Shown: piece by piece, positions 37,281 to 46,575 of the stretch | How the letters are laid out: each line of letters opens with the position of its first letter | How positions within the stretch are numbered: the stretch's first letter is position 1 | The notes under the pieces: generated by a model | Told to the model about the DNA's origin: nothing | The model's database searches: none | What the model saw: the letters and a program-made list of their open reading frames with translations, nothing else | Made by a program: the position numbers and the translations under genes | NCBI GenBank assembly: GCA_043774925.1 | Contig: JAYVSZ010000015.1 | Coordinates: 5,031-69,030 of the forward strand | Direction of reading: 5' to 3' | DNA from: Methylophilaceae bacterium | Lineage (GTDB): Bacteria > Pseudomonadota > Gammaproteobacteria > Burkholderiales > Methylophilaceae | Length of the DNA stretch: 64,000 nucleotides

Positions 37281-38828
37281 TTAAGAAACTTGCTCAACCG
37301 CCTCATCATCCTCTTCACCCACCAAATTTAAATCCATTTGTGTGCTGGAATTTGCTGGTTTTTGCTTTCCATTCAAGTCGCCGCGCGCGGCCTCTATTCG
37401 ATTGAGGTAAGCCGCATCCACGTCGCCAGTCACGTATTTGCCATCAAAGCAACTGCAATCAAACTGCTTAATTTTCGGGTTGGAGGCTTTGATGTCATCC
37501 ACCAAGGCATCTAAATCTTGATAAATCAGCGCATCCGCGCCAATTTCCTTGCAAATTTCCTCGTCTGTGCGCCCTGTCGCAAGCAATTCGTCGCGGCTTG
37601 GCATATCGATGCCATACACATTGGGAAAGCGCACTGGTGGCGCGGCAGAGGCAAAATACACCTTGTTTGCGCCTGCATCACGCGCCATTTGCACGATTTG
37701 CTGCGATGTGGTGCCGCGCACGATGGAGTCGTCCACTAAAAGTACGTTTTTGCCTTTGAATTCGATGCCGATTGGATTGAGTTTTTGCCGAACCGATTTT
37801 TTGCGTAAGGCTTGGCCGGGCATAATAAACGTACGACCAATGTAACGATTTTTAATAAAACCTTCACGATAATCCAAACCAAGCGCAATACCTACTTGTA
37901 GCGCGCTCGGGCGGCTGGTATCAGGGATGGGAATGACCACGTCAATTTTGAGATGGCTCCACTCGCGCTTGATTTTTTCGGCCAAACTTGCCCCCATGTC
38001 CAAACGCGTTTGATACACGGAAACGCCATCAATCACCGAATCTGGACGGGCTAAATAAACATATTCAAAAATACACGGCGTGAGTTTTGGTTTCTCGGCA
38101 CATTGGCGACTAAACAAATTGCCTTCCATGTCAATAAACACGGCCTCGCCAGGCTCAACATCACGCATTAACTTAAAGCCCAGCACATCAAGCGCCACGC
38201 TTTCTGAAGCGACAATATATTCTGTACCTTTTTCGCTTTCTAATTTGCCTATCACTAAAGGACGGATGCCGTGTGGATCGCGAAATGCGAGCAAGCCAAA
38301 ATTCGCTATCATGGCGACCACGGCATAAGCGCCCTTGCAGCGGCGATGCACGCCAGCCACGGCGTCAAACGCCATGTCAGTATTCAACACTGCGCTTTTT
38401 GAGGTTTTTTCGATTTCATGCGCAAGCACATTGAGCAGCACTTCAGAATCTGATGTGGTATTAATGTGGCGCAAATCTTGACGGAACATTTCCGATTTGA
38501 GTTGCTCGGAGTTGGTTAAATTACCGTTGTGGCCAAGCACAATGCCAAAAGGCGAATTGACGTAAAACGGTTGCGCTTCAGCCGCGCTAGACGAGCCAGC
38601 AGTGGGGTAACGCACGTGCGCAATGCCAGCATTACCAATCAGGCTACGCATGTGGCGGGTATGAAAGACATCCTTCACCAAGCCATTGTTTTTATGCATA
38701 AAAAACGTATTGCCATCGCAAGTCACAATACCCGCGGCATCTTGCCCGCGATGTTGTAGTACCAGCAAACCATCGTACAACAATTGGTTAACTGGATTTT
38801 TGCCTACAATACCTAAAATTCCACACAT
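37281..38828 (-). CDS. purF: amidophosphoribosyltransferase
   Basis: [10 protein letters not shown]-terminal Cys nucleophile, [28 protein letters not shown] motif. Confidence 0.97.
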   Translation of the reverse strand: MCGILGIVGKNPVNQLLYDGLLVLQHRGQDAAGIVTCDGNTFFMHKNNGLVKDVFHTRHMRSLIGNAGIAHVRYPTAGSSSAAEAQPFYVNSPFGIVLGHNGNLTNSEQLKSEMFRQDLRHINTTSDSEVLLNVLAHEIEKTSKSAVLNTDMAFDAVAGVHRRCKGAYAVVAMIANFGLLAFRDPHGIRPLVIGKLESEKGTEYIVASESVALDVLGFKLMRDVEPGEAVFIDMEGNLFSRQCAEKPKLTPCIFEYVYLARPDSVIDGVSVYQTRLDMGASLAEKIKREWSHLKIDVVIPIPDTSRPSALQVGIALGLDYREGFIKNRYIGRTFIMPGQALRKKSVRQKLNPIGIEFKGKNVLLVDDSIVRGTTSQQIVQMARDAGANKVYFASAAPPVRFPNVYGIDMPSRDELLATGRTDEEICKEIGADALIYQDLDALVDDIKASNPKIKQFDCSCFDGKYVTGDVDAAYLNRIEAARGDLNGKQKPANSSTQMDLNLVGEEDDEAVEQVS

Positions 38829-38866
38829 AAATGGTGATATCCTTAAAGTGCTATTTAATCACAGAT

Positions 38867-39358
38867 TCAATCAAAACTCACATGCTTGGCGACACTTGGT
38901 GGCAGCCAAGGCAACATGCTTTTAACCAGCACTTCCAGCGGCGAGCTAAACATGGCGTTCGTCCAGCGCGGGTCTTTTGGAAAGTTGGTTAAACCTGCCA
39001 AAAATACAAATACACACACAATCAACATGCCGCGCGCCAAACCAAACACCGCGCCAACAAAGCGGTTGAGCCAATTTAAACCAATTTTTTTAATGATGCT
39101 TGAAAGCGCAATAGACAACAAACTGGCAACGAGCAAAACACCGAGCATTAAAATGACAAAGGCCGCCAACACTTTAAGCGACTCGGTTGGAATATCTTGC
39201 GGCAACACTGGTACCAGTTGCGATGCGTAGGTTCTTGCCACATACAAGGCAGCAATCCAGCCGATAATCGCCAGCACTTCGCGCACCGCGCCGCGCATCA
39301 TACTCACGACAATCGAGATGCCGACGATGACTAAAACGATGTAATCAAAACTGGTCAA
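38867..39358 (-). CDS. cvpA: CvpA-family membrane protein (colicin V production)
   Basis: 163 aa, 4 TM. FDYIVLVIVGISIVVSMMRG start. dedD-cvpA-purF context. Confidence 0.85.
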   Translation of the reverse strand: MTSFDYIVLVIVGISIVVSMMRGAVREVLAIIGWIAALYVARTYASQLVPVLPQDIPTESLKVLAAFVILMLGVLLVASLLSIALSSIIKKIGLNWLNRFVGAVFGLARGMLIVCVFVFLAGLTNFPKDPRWTNAMFSSPLEVLVKSMLPWLPPSVAKHVSFD

Positions 39359-39375
39359 CTAAAGTTTAATCCCCA

Positions 39376-39990
39376 TTATTGACTCACGACCATGCCGGTC
39401 AAACCCGCGTCCTTAATGTTCTCCAGCGCGATTGCGGCTTCATTGCGCTCGGCAAAAATCTGCGTTTTTAAGCGGATTTTTTCACCTTTATCGGTTTTAA
39501 TTTTTTCAGTTTGCGATTTGTAGCCCAAATCACTCAACTTGGTTTGTAGCTGCTTGACGTTTGTCGGATCTGTAAAAACACCAATTTGCACATAGAATTT
39601 TTTAGACGTTTCTGGCTTTTCTTTAGGCGGCGCTTTAAGCTCAACCGTGGGTTTGGTTGCTGGTACAGCTTCTGGCTTTGATGTTGCTTCTGGGTCTGCT
39701 GGCTCATCTGGCGCGGCTTCTGACGGTGCTGCCTCAGCAGGTTTTGAGGGCTCACTCGGAATCACATTTGAATCGAATTCTGTTGGCGCCATTGGCGTTG
39801 GCGTCACTGTTGTGCTTGCCTCGTTTGGCAAGGTGATGGTGATTTTTTCTTGCGGATTGCTGGCGGCGCGGTCTTTTAATAACATTGGCAATAAAATCAC
39901 CATCAACAAAACCAGTGCAATCGCACCCACCAAGCGGCGACGTGCGCGTTTTTTAAAGTTTAATTCTTGGTCAGATTGGTCTCTTTGCAT
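39376..39990 (-). CDS. dedD: SPOR-domain cell-division protein (DedD-like)
   Basis: N-terminal TM, Pro/Ala/Glu linker, C-terminal SPOR domain (FYVQIGVFTDPTNVKQLQTKL...). folC-dedD-cvpA context. Confidence 0.7.
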   Translation of the reverse strand: MQRDQSDQELNFKKRARRRLVGAIALVLLMVILLPMLLKDRAASNPQEKITITLPNEASTTVTPTPMAPTEFDSNVIPSEPSKPAEAAPSEAAPDEPADPEATSKPEAVPATKPTVELKAPPKEKPETSKKFYVQIGVFTDPTNVKQLQTKLSDLGYKSQTEKIKTDKGEKIRLKTQIFAERNEAAIALENIKDAGLTGMVVSQ

Positions 39991-40014
39991 TTCAACGCCT
40001 TAAAAATTGCCATA

Positions 40015-41286
40015 TCAAGAAAAATTCAAACCTGCAATCGCATCCGCAACGGTGTAAAACGAGCCGAATACGACTATTCTATCATTTTTGGCAGCGTCTT
40101 TACAGGCCGCTTGCAGGGCAGTGGCGACATTTTCAAACGAATAGCTACTTGTATTCAGTTTGCCTAAATTTTTCTGCAAATTTTGTGCTTTTGCACCGCG
40201 CACATTGTGAATATCCGCCAAATACCAAGCAGCAATATGCGGCGCTAATTCACTCACAACACCGGCAATATCTTTATCGGCCAACATCGCGAACACCGCT
40301 AATGTGCGGCCCGCACAGGGTGTATTTTGCAGGTTATGCGCCAGCGATTGCGCCGCTTGCGGGTTGTGCGCTACATCCACAATAATGGGTGGATTTGATT
40401 GAATTTGATGAAACCGCCCCATTAAAGTCACTGCCCTGAGAGCCGCGCCGATGTTGGCTGCTGGCACGGGCAGTATTTCACTTAAATGTTGTACCGCACG
40501 CATAGCACAAGCTGCGTTATTCAGCTGAAAATCGCCATGCAAAGCCAACTTCGGCAAAACTAGTTTGGTTTTTTTATCGATATAAATCCAATTGTTTGCC
40601 GTTTTTTCTACGCTAAAATCGCGGCCAATTAATTGTAAATCTGCGCCAATTTCTGCGGCATAATCTGTCACGCTTTGTGGCGGATGGTCATCCCCACAAA
40701 TCGCCAATTTGTTGGCGCGGTAAACGCCCGCCTTCTCAAAACCTATTTTCTCGCGCGTGTCGCCCAAATATTCCATGTGATCCAAAGCAACGCTGGTGAC
40801 AATGGCGCACGCAGGTTCAAACACGTTCACTGCGTCCAGCCTGCCGCCCATACCCACTTCTAAAATTGCAACATCAAGTCCAGTTTTTACAAAATGCCAA
40901 ACAGCAGCTAACGTGCCCATTTCAAAGTAAGTCAATGCCACATCACCGCGCGCAGCTTCTACCGCCGCAAAAGCAGTGCATAAACTTTCATCTGTGATTT
41001 CACAGCCATTCACACGCACACGCTCGTTATAACGCGTTAAATGCGGCGAAGTGTAACAGCCGACGCGGTAGCCCTCATGCAAATAAATCGCCTCTAACAT
41101 GGCGCAGGTAGAGCCTTTGCCGTTGGTACCAGCAATGGTGATAATCTGGAAATTTTGGTTCAAATCAAGGCGGTTGGCAACTTCTTTAACGCGCTCCAAA
41201 CCCATTGCGATGGCTTTAGGATGCAAAGCCTCGATGTAGGCTAACCACTGATTTAGTGTGACTGGCTTGGGCGAGGAGTTGGTCAC
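40015..41286 (-). CDS. folC: bifunctional folylpolyglutamate synthase/dihydrofolate synthase
   Basis: IAGTNGKGST P-loop, SPHL..YNERV, Mur-ligase-like architecture. Confidence 0.93.
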   Translation of the reverse strand: MTNSSPKPVTLNQWLAYIEALHPKAIAMGLERVKEVANRLDLNQNFQIITIAGTNGKGSTCAMLEAIYLHEGYRVGCYTSPHLTRYNERVRVNGCEITDESLCTAFAAVEAARGDVALTYFEMGTLAAVWHFVKTGLDVAILEVGMGGRLDAVNVFEPACAIVTSVALDHMEYLGDTREKIGFEKAGVYRANKLAICGDDHPPQSVTDYAAEIGADLQLIGRDFSVEKTANNWIYIDKKTKLVLPKLALHGDFQLNNAACAMRAVQHLSEILPVPAANIGAALRAVTLMGRFHQIQSNPPIIVDVAHNPQAAQSLAHNLQNTPCAGRTLAVFAMLADKDIAGVVSELAPHIAAWYLADIHNVRGAKAQNLQKNLGKLNTSSYSFENVATALQAACKDAAKNDRIVVFGSFYTVADAIAGLNFS

Positions 41287-41299
41287 AAAACCCTAGAAA

Positions 41300-42166
41300 T
41301 TATGCAGCTTTGACGGTGCGCATTAAATTTGAGAGCAGACTGAACAGTGTTTGGCGCAATTCACGACGATCCACGATCATGTCAATCGCGCCATGTTCTA
41401 ACAAAAATTCTGCGCGCTGAAAGCCGTCTGGCAAGGTTTCGCGCACAGTTTGCTCAATGACGCGCGGGCCTGCAAAGCCAATCAAAGCGTTTGGTTCGGC
41501 AATAATAATATCGCCCAACATGGCAAAACTGGCAGAAACGCCGCCCATGGTGGGGTCAGTCAGTATTGAAATAAATGGTAATCCTGCTTGCGATAATTTA
41601 GTGAGCGCAGCGCTCGTTTTAGCCATCTGCATCAGCGATAGCAAGCCTTCTTGCATGCGAGCACCACCGCTGGCAGACACGCAAATAAAAGGCGATTTTT
41701 GTTTAATTGCCGCATCTATGCCGCGCACAAAGCGCTCGCCCACGACTGCGCCCATTGAGCCGCCCATAAATTTGAATTCAAACGCGGCAATCACAATCGG
41801 CATACTGAGCATTTTGCCTTGCATCACAATCAGCGCATCAAGCTCGCCCACTTCTTTTTGCGCCGTTTTCATGCGATCTACATAGCTTTTGCTATCTTTA
41901 AACTTTAGCGCATCCACAGGCTGCACGTTAGCGCCAATTTCCACGCGATTTTCTTCATCTAGCAAAAAGTTTAGGCGGCCACGTGCCGAGATGCGATTAT
42001 GATAATTACATTTCGGACAAACCTCTAAATTGCTTTCTAAATCAGTACGATACAATACGGTTTGGCATGCATCACACTTACTCCACAAGCCTTCTGGCAC
42101 GTTGCGCTTTTGCACAGAACCCACCACACGCTTGATTTTTTGCGGAATTTTATCTAACCAGCTCAT
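41300..42166 (-). CDS. accD: acetyl-CoA carboxylase carboxyltransferase beta subunit
   Basis: Zn-ribbon CDACQTVLY...[19 protein letters not shown]. Confidence 0.95.
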   Translation of the reverse strand: MSWLDKIPQKIKRVVGSVQKRNVPEGLWSKCDACQTVLYRTDLESNLEVCPKCNYHNRISARGRLNFLLDEENRVEIGANVQPVDALKFKDSKSYVDRMKTAQKEVGELDALIVMQGKMLSMPIVIAAFEFKFMGGSMGAVVGERFVRGIDAAIKQKSPFICVSASGGARMQEGLLSLMQMAKTSAALTKLSQAGLPFISILTDPTMGGVSASFAMLGDIIIAEPNALIGFAGPRVIEQTVRETLPDGFQRAEFLLEHGAIDMIVDRRELRQTLFSLLSNLMRTVKAA

Positions 42167-42186
42167 ACTTTTCCCCTGACTTTTCT

Positions 42187-42981
42187 TTAATCAACTGCGG
42201 TACGAAGCGCTTGCATCAGCTTACTTACGTTTTCAATCAGCGTTTCTTCGCTCGATTGCTCAATGGTAAGTACCATGCGGCTACCAACCACAATACCATC
42301 TGCAAATTCAGCCACTAATTTCGCCGTTGCAGCATCTTTTACACCAAAACCAACGCCAATCGGCAAATCTGTTTTTTGGCGAATGGCTTTCACTTTCGCC
42401 TTCACTTCTTCAATATCCAAATTGCCCGCACCAGTCACGCCTTTTAGCGATACATAATACAAAAAGCCTGTCGCTTGATTGACGATTAAGTCGATGCGCG
42501 CAGGCTCTGTGGTAGGTGAAAGCAGGAATATGCTATCGACGCCATTGGCTAAAAGCGCTGCGTTAAACACTTTACATTCCTCGGGCGGATAATCCACCGT
42601 CAGTACGCCATCCACGCCCGCATCTTTTGCGGCAGTGGCAAAAGTATCTGCCCCCATCGCCTCAATTGGATTAGCATAACCCATTAATATGATAGGTGTT
42701 TTTTTATCGTTAGCGCGAAACTCTTTTACCAACGCCAACACTTTGCGCAAACCCACTTTATGCTGCAAAGCACGCTCACTCGCACGCTGAATCACTGGGC
42801 CATCGGCCATCGGATCAGAAAATGGCACGCCTAATTCAATCATATCTGCACCATTTTTAACCAAGACGTGTAGCAGTTCTACGGTGCGCTCAGGACTAGG
42901 GTCGCCCGCCGTAATGTACGGAATAAGTGCTTTTTTGTTTTGAGTTTTAAGCGCTTGAAAAACTGAAGAAATTCGTGACAT
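42187..42981 (-). CDS. trpA: tryptophan synthase alpha chain
   Basis: [33 protein letters not shown]. Confidence 0.95.
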   Translation of the reverse strand: MSRISSVFQALKTQNKKALIPYITAGDPSPERTVELLHVLVKNGADMIELGVPFSDPMADGPVIQRASERALQHKVGLRKVLALVKEFRANDKKTPIILMGYANPIEAMGADTFATAAKDAGVDGVLTVDYPPEECKVFNAALLANGVDSIFLLSPTTEPARIDLIVNQATGFLYYVSLKGVTGAGNLDIEEVKAKVKAIRQKTDLPIGVGFGVKDAATAKLVAEFADGIVVGSRMVLTIEQSSEETLIENVSKLMQALRTAVD

Positions 42982-43068
42982 AAGGTGTTAAAGAAGCCGT
43001 GAGTTCGAAGAAATTTGGAAGTTGAAAAGCACAAAATTAGGCAAGGCGTAAACTAAAAATAAAAACGA

Positions 43069-43087
43069 CGCATATGGTTTATATGCG
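43069..43087. other. AT-rich hairpin flanked by T-runs on both strands within the 156-bp trpB-trpA spacer
   Basis: CGCATAT-ggttt-ATATGCG. On the minus strand it is followed by TCGTTTTTATTTTT. Confidence 0.4.
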
Positions 43088-43137
43088 AGTTTTTGGTTTT
43101 TAGAGAGGCGACGCAGCATAATGAAGTGGTTTTTGAT

Positions 43138-44343
43138 TTACAAGGTGATATTAGAGAGTTTGGCAACGGTATTAATGTCTTTATCACCGCGACCAGAAAG
43201 ATTGACCAAAATGATTTCGTCTTTACGCATGGTTTTGGCCATTTTTTCCGCATGCGCCAGCGCGTGGCTAGATTCCAACGCTGGAATAATGCCTTCTGTA
43301 CGGCACAAGCTGTGAAACGCCGCCATGGCTTCATCATCGGTAATCGCCACATACTCAGCACGCTTGATATCCTTTAACCATGCGTGTTCTGGGCCAACGC
43401 CAGGGTAATCTAAACCGGCCGAAATTGAATGTGTTTCAATAATGTTGCCATCCGCGTCTTGCATTAAATAGGTGCGATTACCGTGCAGCACGCCAATCGG
43501 ACTGTTCGCAGTTAACGGCGCTGCGTGTCTGCCCGTTTCCAAGCCATGTCCAGCCGCCTCTACGCCGATTAAGCGCACATTTGGCACGTCAATGTAAGGA
43601 TAAAAAATGCCCATGGCGTTTGAGCCGCCGCCAACGCAGGCAACGATTGCATTAGGCTGGCGCCCGACCATTTCCATCATTTGCTCTTTGGCTTCAATGC
43701 CGATAATCGCTTGAAAATCGCGTACCATCATCGGGTACGGATGCGGACCTGCTACCGTGCCGATAATATAAAATGTGCTTTCAATGTTGGTTACCCAGTC
43801 GCGCATCGCCTCATTTAAGGCATCTTTAAGCGTTTTAGAGCCACTTTCTACTGGCACTACGGTGGCGCCCAACAATTTCATTCTAAACACGTTAGGCGCT
43901 TGGCGTTTCACGTCCTCGCTACCCATATACACCACGCATTCCAAACCTAAACGTGCAGCAATCGTCGCAGTTGCAACGCCATGTTGACCTGCGCCTGTTT
44001 CCGCAATCACACGCGGCTTACCCATGCGCTTGGCTAGCAAGGCTTGACCAATCGTATTGTTTACTTTGTGTGCGCCAGTGTGATTCAAATCTTCGCGCTT
44101 TAAGTAAATCTGTGCACCGCCGACGCGATCCGACCAACGTTTTGCATGATAAATCGGGCTCGGCCGGCCAACAAAGTGTTTTAAATCGTATGCGTATTCA
44201 GCTAAAAAAGTGGGGTCATGTCGATATTTTTCATACATCAGGCGCAGCTCTTCTAAGGCTTCAACCAAGGTCTCCGCAACAAAAGTACCGCCAAATTGCC
44301 CAAAATGTCCGCGCTCGTCGGGCATGTCATAGACTTGCATCAC
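43138..44343 (-). CDS. trpB: tryptophan synthase beta chain
   Basis: [24 protein letters not shown] (PLP Lys), [16 protein letters not shown]. Confidence 0.97.
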   Translation of the reverse strand: MMQVYDMPDERGHFGQFGGTFVAETLVEALEELRLMYEKYRHDPTFLAEYAYDLKHFVGRPSPIYHAKRWSDRVGGAQIYLKREDLNHTGAHKVNNTIGQALLAKRMGKPRVIAETGAGQHGVATATIAARLGLECVVYMGSEDVKRQAPNVFRMKLLGATVVPVESGSKTLKDALNEAMRDWVTNIESTFYIIGTVAGPHPYPMMVRDFQAIIGIEAKEQMMEMVGRQPNAIVACVGGGSNAMGIFYPYIDVPNVRLIGVEAAGHGLETGRHAAPLTANSPIGVLHGNRTYLMQDADGNIIETHSISAGLDYPGVGPEHAWLKDIKRAEYVAITDDEAMAAFHSLCRTEGIIPALESSHALAHAEKMAKTMRKDEIILVNLSGRGDKDINTVAKLSNITL

Positions 44344-44966
44344 TCACTCCTCGTTTGCTCTACTGCATGCATAAATGCTACGATTTTCGTCTCACTTTTT
44401 ATGCCTTTACTCAGCTCCACACCGCCGCTCACATCCACCGCATAAGGCTGCACATGCTTAATCGCATCGCCCACGTTTTCTGGGTTTAATCCACCCGCTA
44501 AAATGACTTGTTTAGATAGATTTTTAGGGATTAAATTCCAATCAAACACGTACCCAGTGCCGCCATAAGCCGAATCGGAATGTGCATCTAGCAACAACGC
44601 TTTTGCACGATTAAATTCAACACAGCATTGTAACAAATTTGTGTCAGGCTTAACGCGAATCGCCTTCAAATAAGGCAAATTAAATTGTTCACATTCAGCG
44701 GCCGTTTCATCTCCGTGAAATTGCAAAATATCCAAATTTACGCTCGCTAAAACCGCGTTAATTTCTTGTTTTGAAGCGTTCACAAACAAACCTACCGCAC
44801 TGACAAATGGCGGCAGTGCAGCCACAATTGCACTAGCCGCTGCAATTGTCACGCAACGTGGGCTTGCCGCATAAAACACTAAGCCAATCGCATCCGCACC
44901 CTGCGCAACTGCAACCAAAGCGTCTTCGACACGAGTAATGCCGCAAATTTTAACGCGAGTTCTCAT
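44340..44966 (-). CDS. trpF: phosphoribosylanthranilate isomerase
   Basis: VKICGIT, LQFHGDE, GGTG..FDW. ATGA overlap with trpB. Confidence 0.92.
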   Translation of the reverse strand: MRTRVKICGITRVEDALVAVAQGADAIGLVFYAASPRCVTIAAASAIVAALPPFVSAVGLFVNASKQEINAVLASVNLDILQFHGDETAAECEQFNLPYLKAIRVKPDTNLLQCCVEFNRAKALLLDAHSDSAYGGTGYVFDWNLIPKNLSKQVILAGGLNPENVGDAIKHVQPYAVDVSGGVELSKGIKSETKIVAFMHAVEQTRSE

Positions 44967-45029
44967 AAAGTCTCCATAAAACGTAAGCCTATCGTAAACG
45001 CGCGCCGATGTCAGTTAAATCAAGGCCTG

Positions 45030-45839
45030 TTAAATCAAAGCAAGTGGCCGATGTGTCGCAGGCAAATTCCACTTTTTATCGTATTCCACGCCAGTTAAAT
45101 ACAAGCCATTAGGCGAAAATGTCGGCGGCGCCTCGGTGCGGTCTTGGTTCGCCAGCAGCGTTTGCATATATTCGGGGGAATGTTTTCCGTTGCCAATGTA
45201 AATCAACGCGCCGACCATATTGCGCACTTGGTGCTGCAAAAAAGCATTGGCGGAAAATTCAAACACAATATGGCTACCAACCGCATGGCCATTTAATTGA
45301 TATATGGTGGCTTGCAGCAAGGTCCTGATGGGAGAGTTGGCCTGACATTCGCTGGCGCGAAACGCGCTAAAATCATGTTCCCCAAGCAAGTAATTGCAAG
45401 CTTTTTGCATGACGGCAACATCCAAAGGCATGTGATACCAGCCAGCCTTCTTCGCCAAAATGGCTGGCGCAACAGGTGAGTTTACCAGCAAGTACTGATA
45501 GCTGCGGTGCATGGCAGAAAAGCGCGCGTGAAATTGCGCTTGCCCTTCAATGTTAACCATCGCTTTCGACCAAATCACGCGCACCGTTTCTGGTAAAAAG
45601 GCGTTCACTCCGCGCACCCAAGCAGTTTCTGGGCGATTCACTTCGGTGTCAAAATGCACCACTTGCATCATGGCGTGCACGCCAGTATCGGTGCGGCCTG
45701 CAGCGTGGATACGCACGCTGTGCTGCGTAATAGATTGAATCGCTTTTTCTAACGCATCCTGCACGCCGCATAAGCTTGGCTGGCTTTGCCAGCCACAAAA
45801 ACTGGCGCCGTCAAACTCAATACCAAGTGCGATGCGCAT
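45030..45839 (-). CDS. truA: tRNA pseudouridine(38-40) synthase
   Basis: MRIALGIEFDG..F.GWQ, AGRTDTGVHA (catalytic Asp), HQVRNMVG. Confidence 0.93.
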   Translation of the reverse strand: MRIALGIEFDGASFCGWQSQPSLCGVQDALEKAIQSITQHSVRIHAAGRTDTGVHAMMQVVHFDTEVNRPETAWVRGVNAFLPETVRVIWSKAMVNIEGQAQFHARFSAMHRSYQYLLVNSPVAPAILAKKAGWYHMPLDVAVMQKACNYLLGEHDFSAFRASECQANSPIRTLLQATIYQLNGHAVGSHIVFEFSANAFLQHQVRNMVGALIYIGNGKHSPEYMQTLLANQDRTEAPPTFSPNGLYLTGVEYDKKWNLPATHRPLALI

Positions 45840-46484
45840 TTATGCCACAATCTTAAATAAAATTTGCATCAAAGCGAGTGCCATCAAGGCAATCAAGCTA
45901 TTATCCAGCCAAGAAAATGTTGGTTTTTCTAGCGTAATTTCGATGTCATCATGCTGCGTTTCTGTAAAAATATTCGCCAAATTTTGGCTTAAATTGCTAA
46001 AAATAAGCTGATTTTTTGGCGCTTGTTGTTGCAATTCAACGTAATGCAGTGTTAGCCATAATCGGGCTGCGAAGCGCTCCACATCTAGGCCTATGTATTT
46101 TAGTGGCGTCAATAAAAAGTAAAAGCCTGAAATAAGTTGCTGCCTAGTGTTTACTGCTAACAATATTGATAACGCCGCCAACATCACCGTAATGCGCAGT
46201 AATTGCATTAAACCCGCGCGCAAGCCTTCGTAAGTCGGGCTGATGCTAAAAGGCCAGCCAGCAATATGTTCGCCAGGCGTATTGAGCGCAAAAATGACAA
46301 ACATGACTAAATAGAACCATTTTAAACGCTTTGTTAAGCGATAAAACTGATGGTTTTTAACCAGTATTAGCATGCAATATAACAGGCCAGCCGCGAGAAG
46401 TAGTACTTTTAAATTCAATATGTTAAGTGCAATAGAGAATATAAAAAAAGCCATTAATTGCGTCATGATATTAATTTTTGGCAT
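45840..46484 (-). CDS. orphan CbiQ/ECF-transporter T-component-like membrane protein
   Basis: LLRITVMLAALSILLAVNTRQQLISGFYFLLTPLKYIGLDVERFAARLWLTLHYV resembles the CbiQ core. Its stop abuts the truA start. No A or S components lie nearby. Confidence 0.45.
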   Translation of the reverse strand: MPKINIMTQLMAFFIFSIALNILNLKVLLLAAGLLYCMLILVKNHQFYRLTKRLKWFYLVMFVIFALNTPGEHIAGWPFSISPTYEGLRAGLMQLLRITVMLAALSILLAVNTRQQLISGFYFLLTPLKYIGLDVERFAARLWLTLHYVELQQQAPKNQLIFSNLSQNLANIFTETQHDDIEITLEKPTFSWLDNSLIALMALALMQILFKIVA

Positions 46485-46575
46485 GACTTGAATTATTTCC
46501 TAATTTTGGCAGAATTACAAAAAAATAAAACAAAAAAACCGGACATATAGCCCGGCCTTTTTTATGTTACAAAAG

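Noticed and set aside
43053-43137. Small ORFs in the trpB-trpA spacer (for example 22 aa MLRRLSKNQKLAYKPYASFLFL, and the 102-aa track ORF 43053-43361)
   Set aside because: The 102-aa ORF mostly overlaps the trpB 3' end out of frame. The short peptide has no Shine-Dalgarno and no features of a leader peptide (no Trp codons).
46538-46570. Possible terminator after fimV (CCGG...CCGG with T-run)
   Set aside because: The stem is only about 4-5 bp with mismatches, too weak to call.
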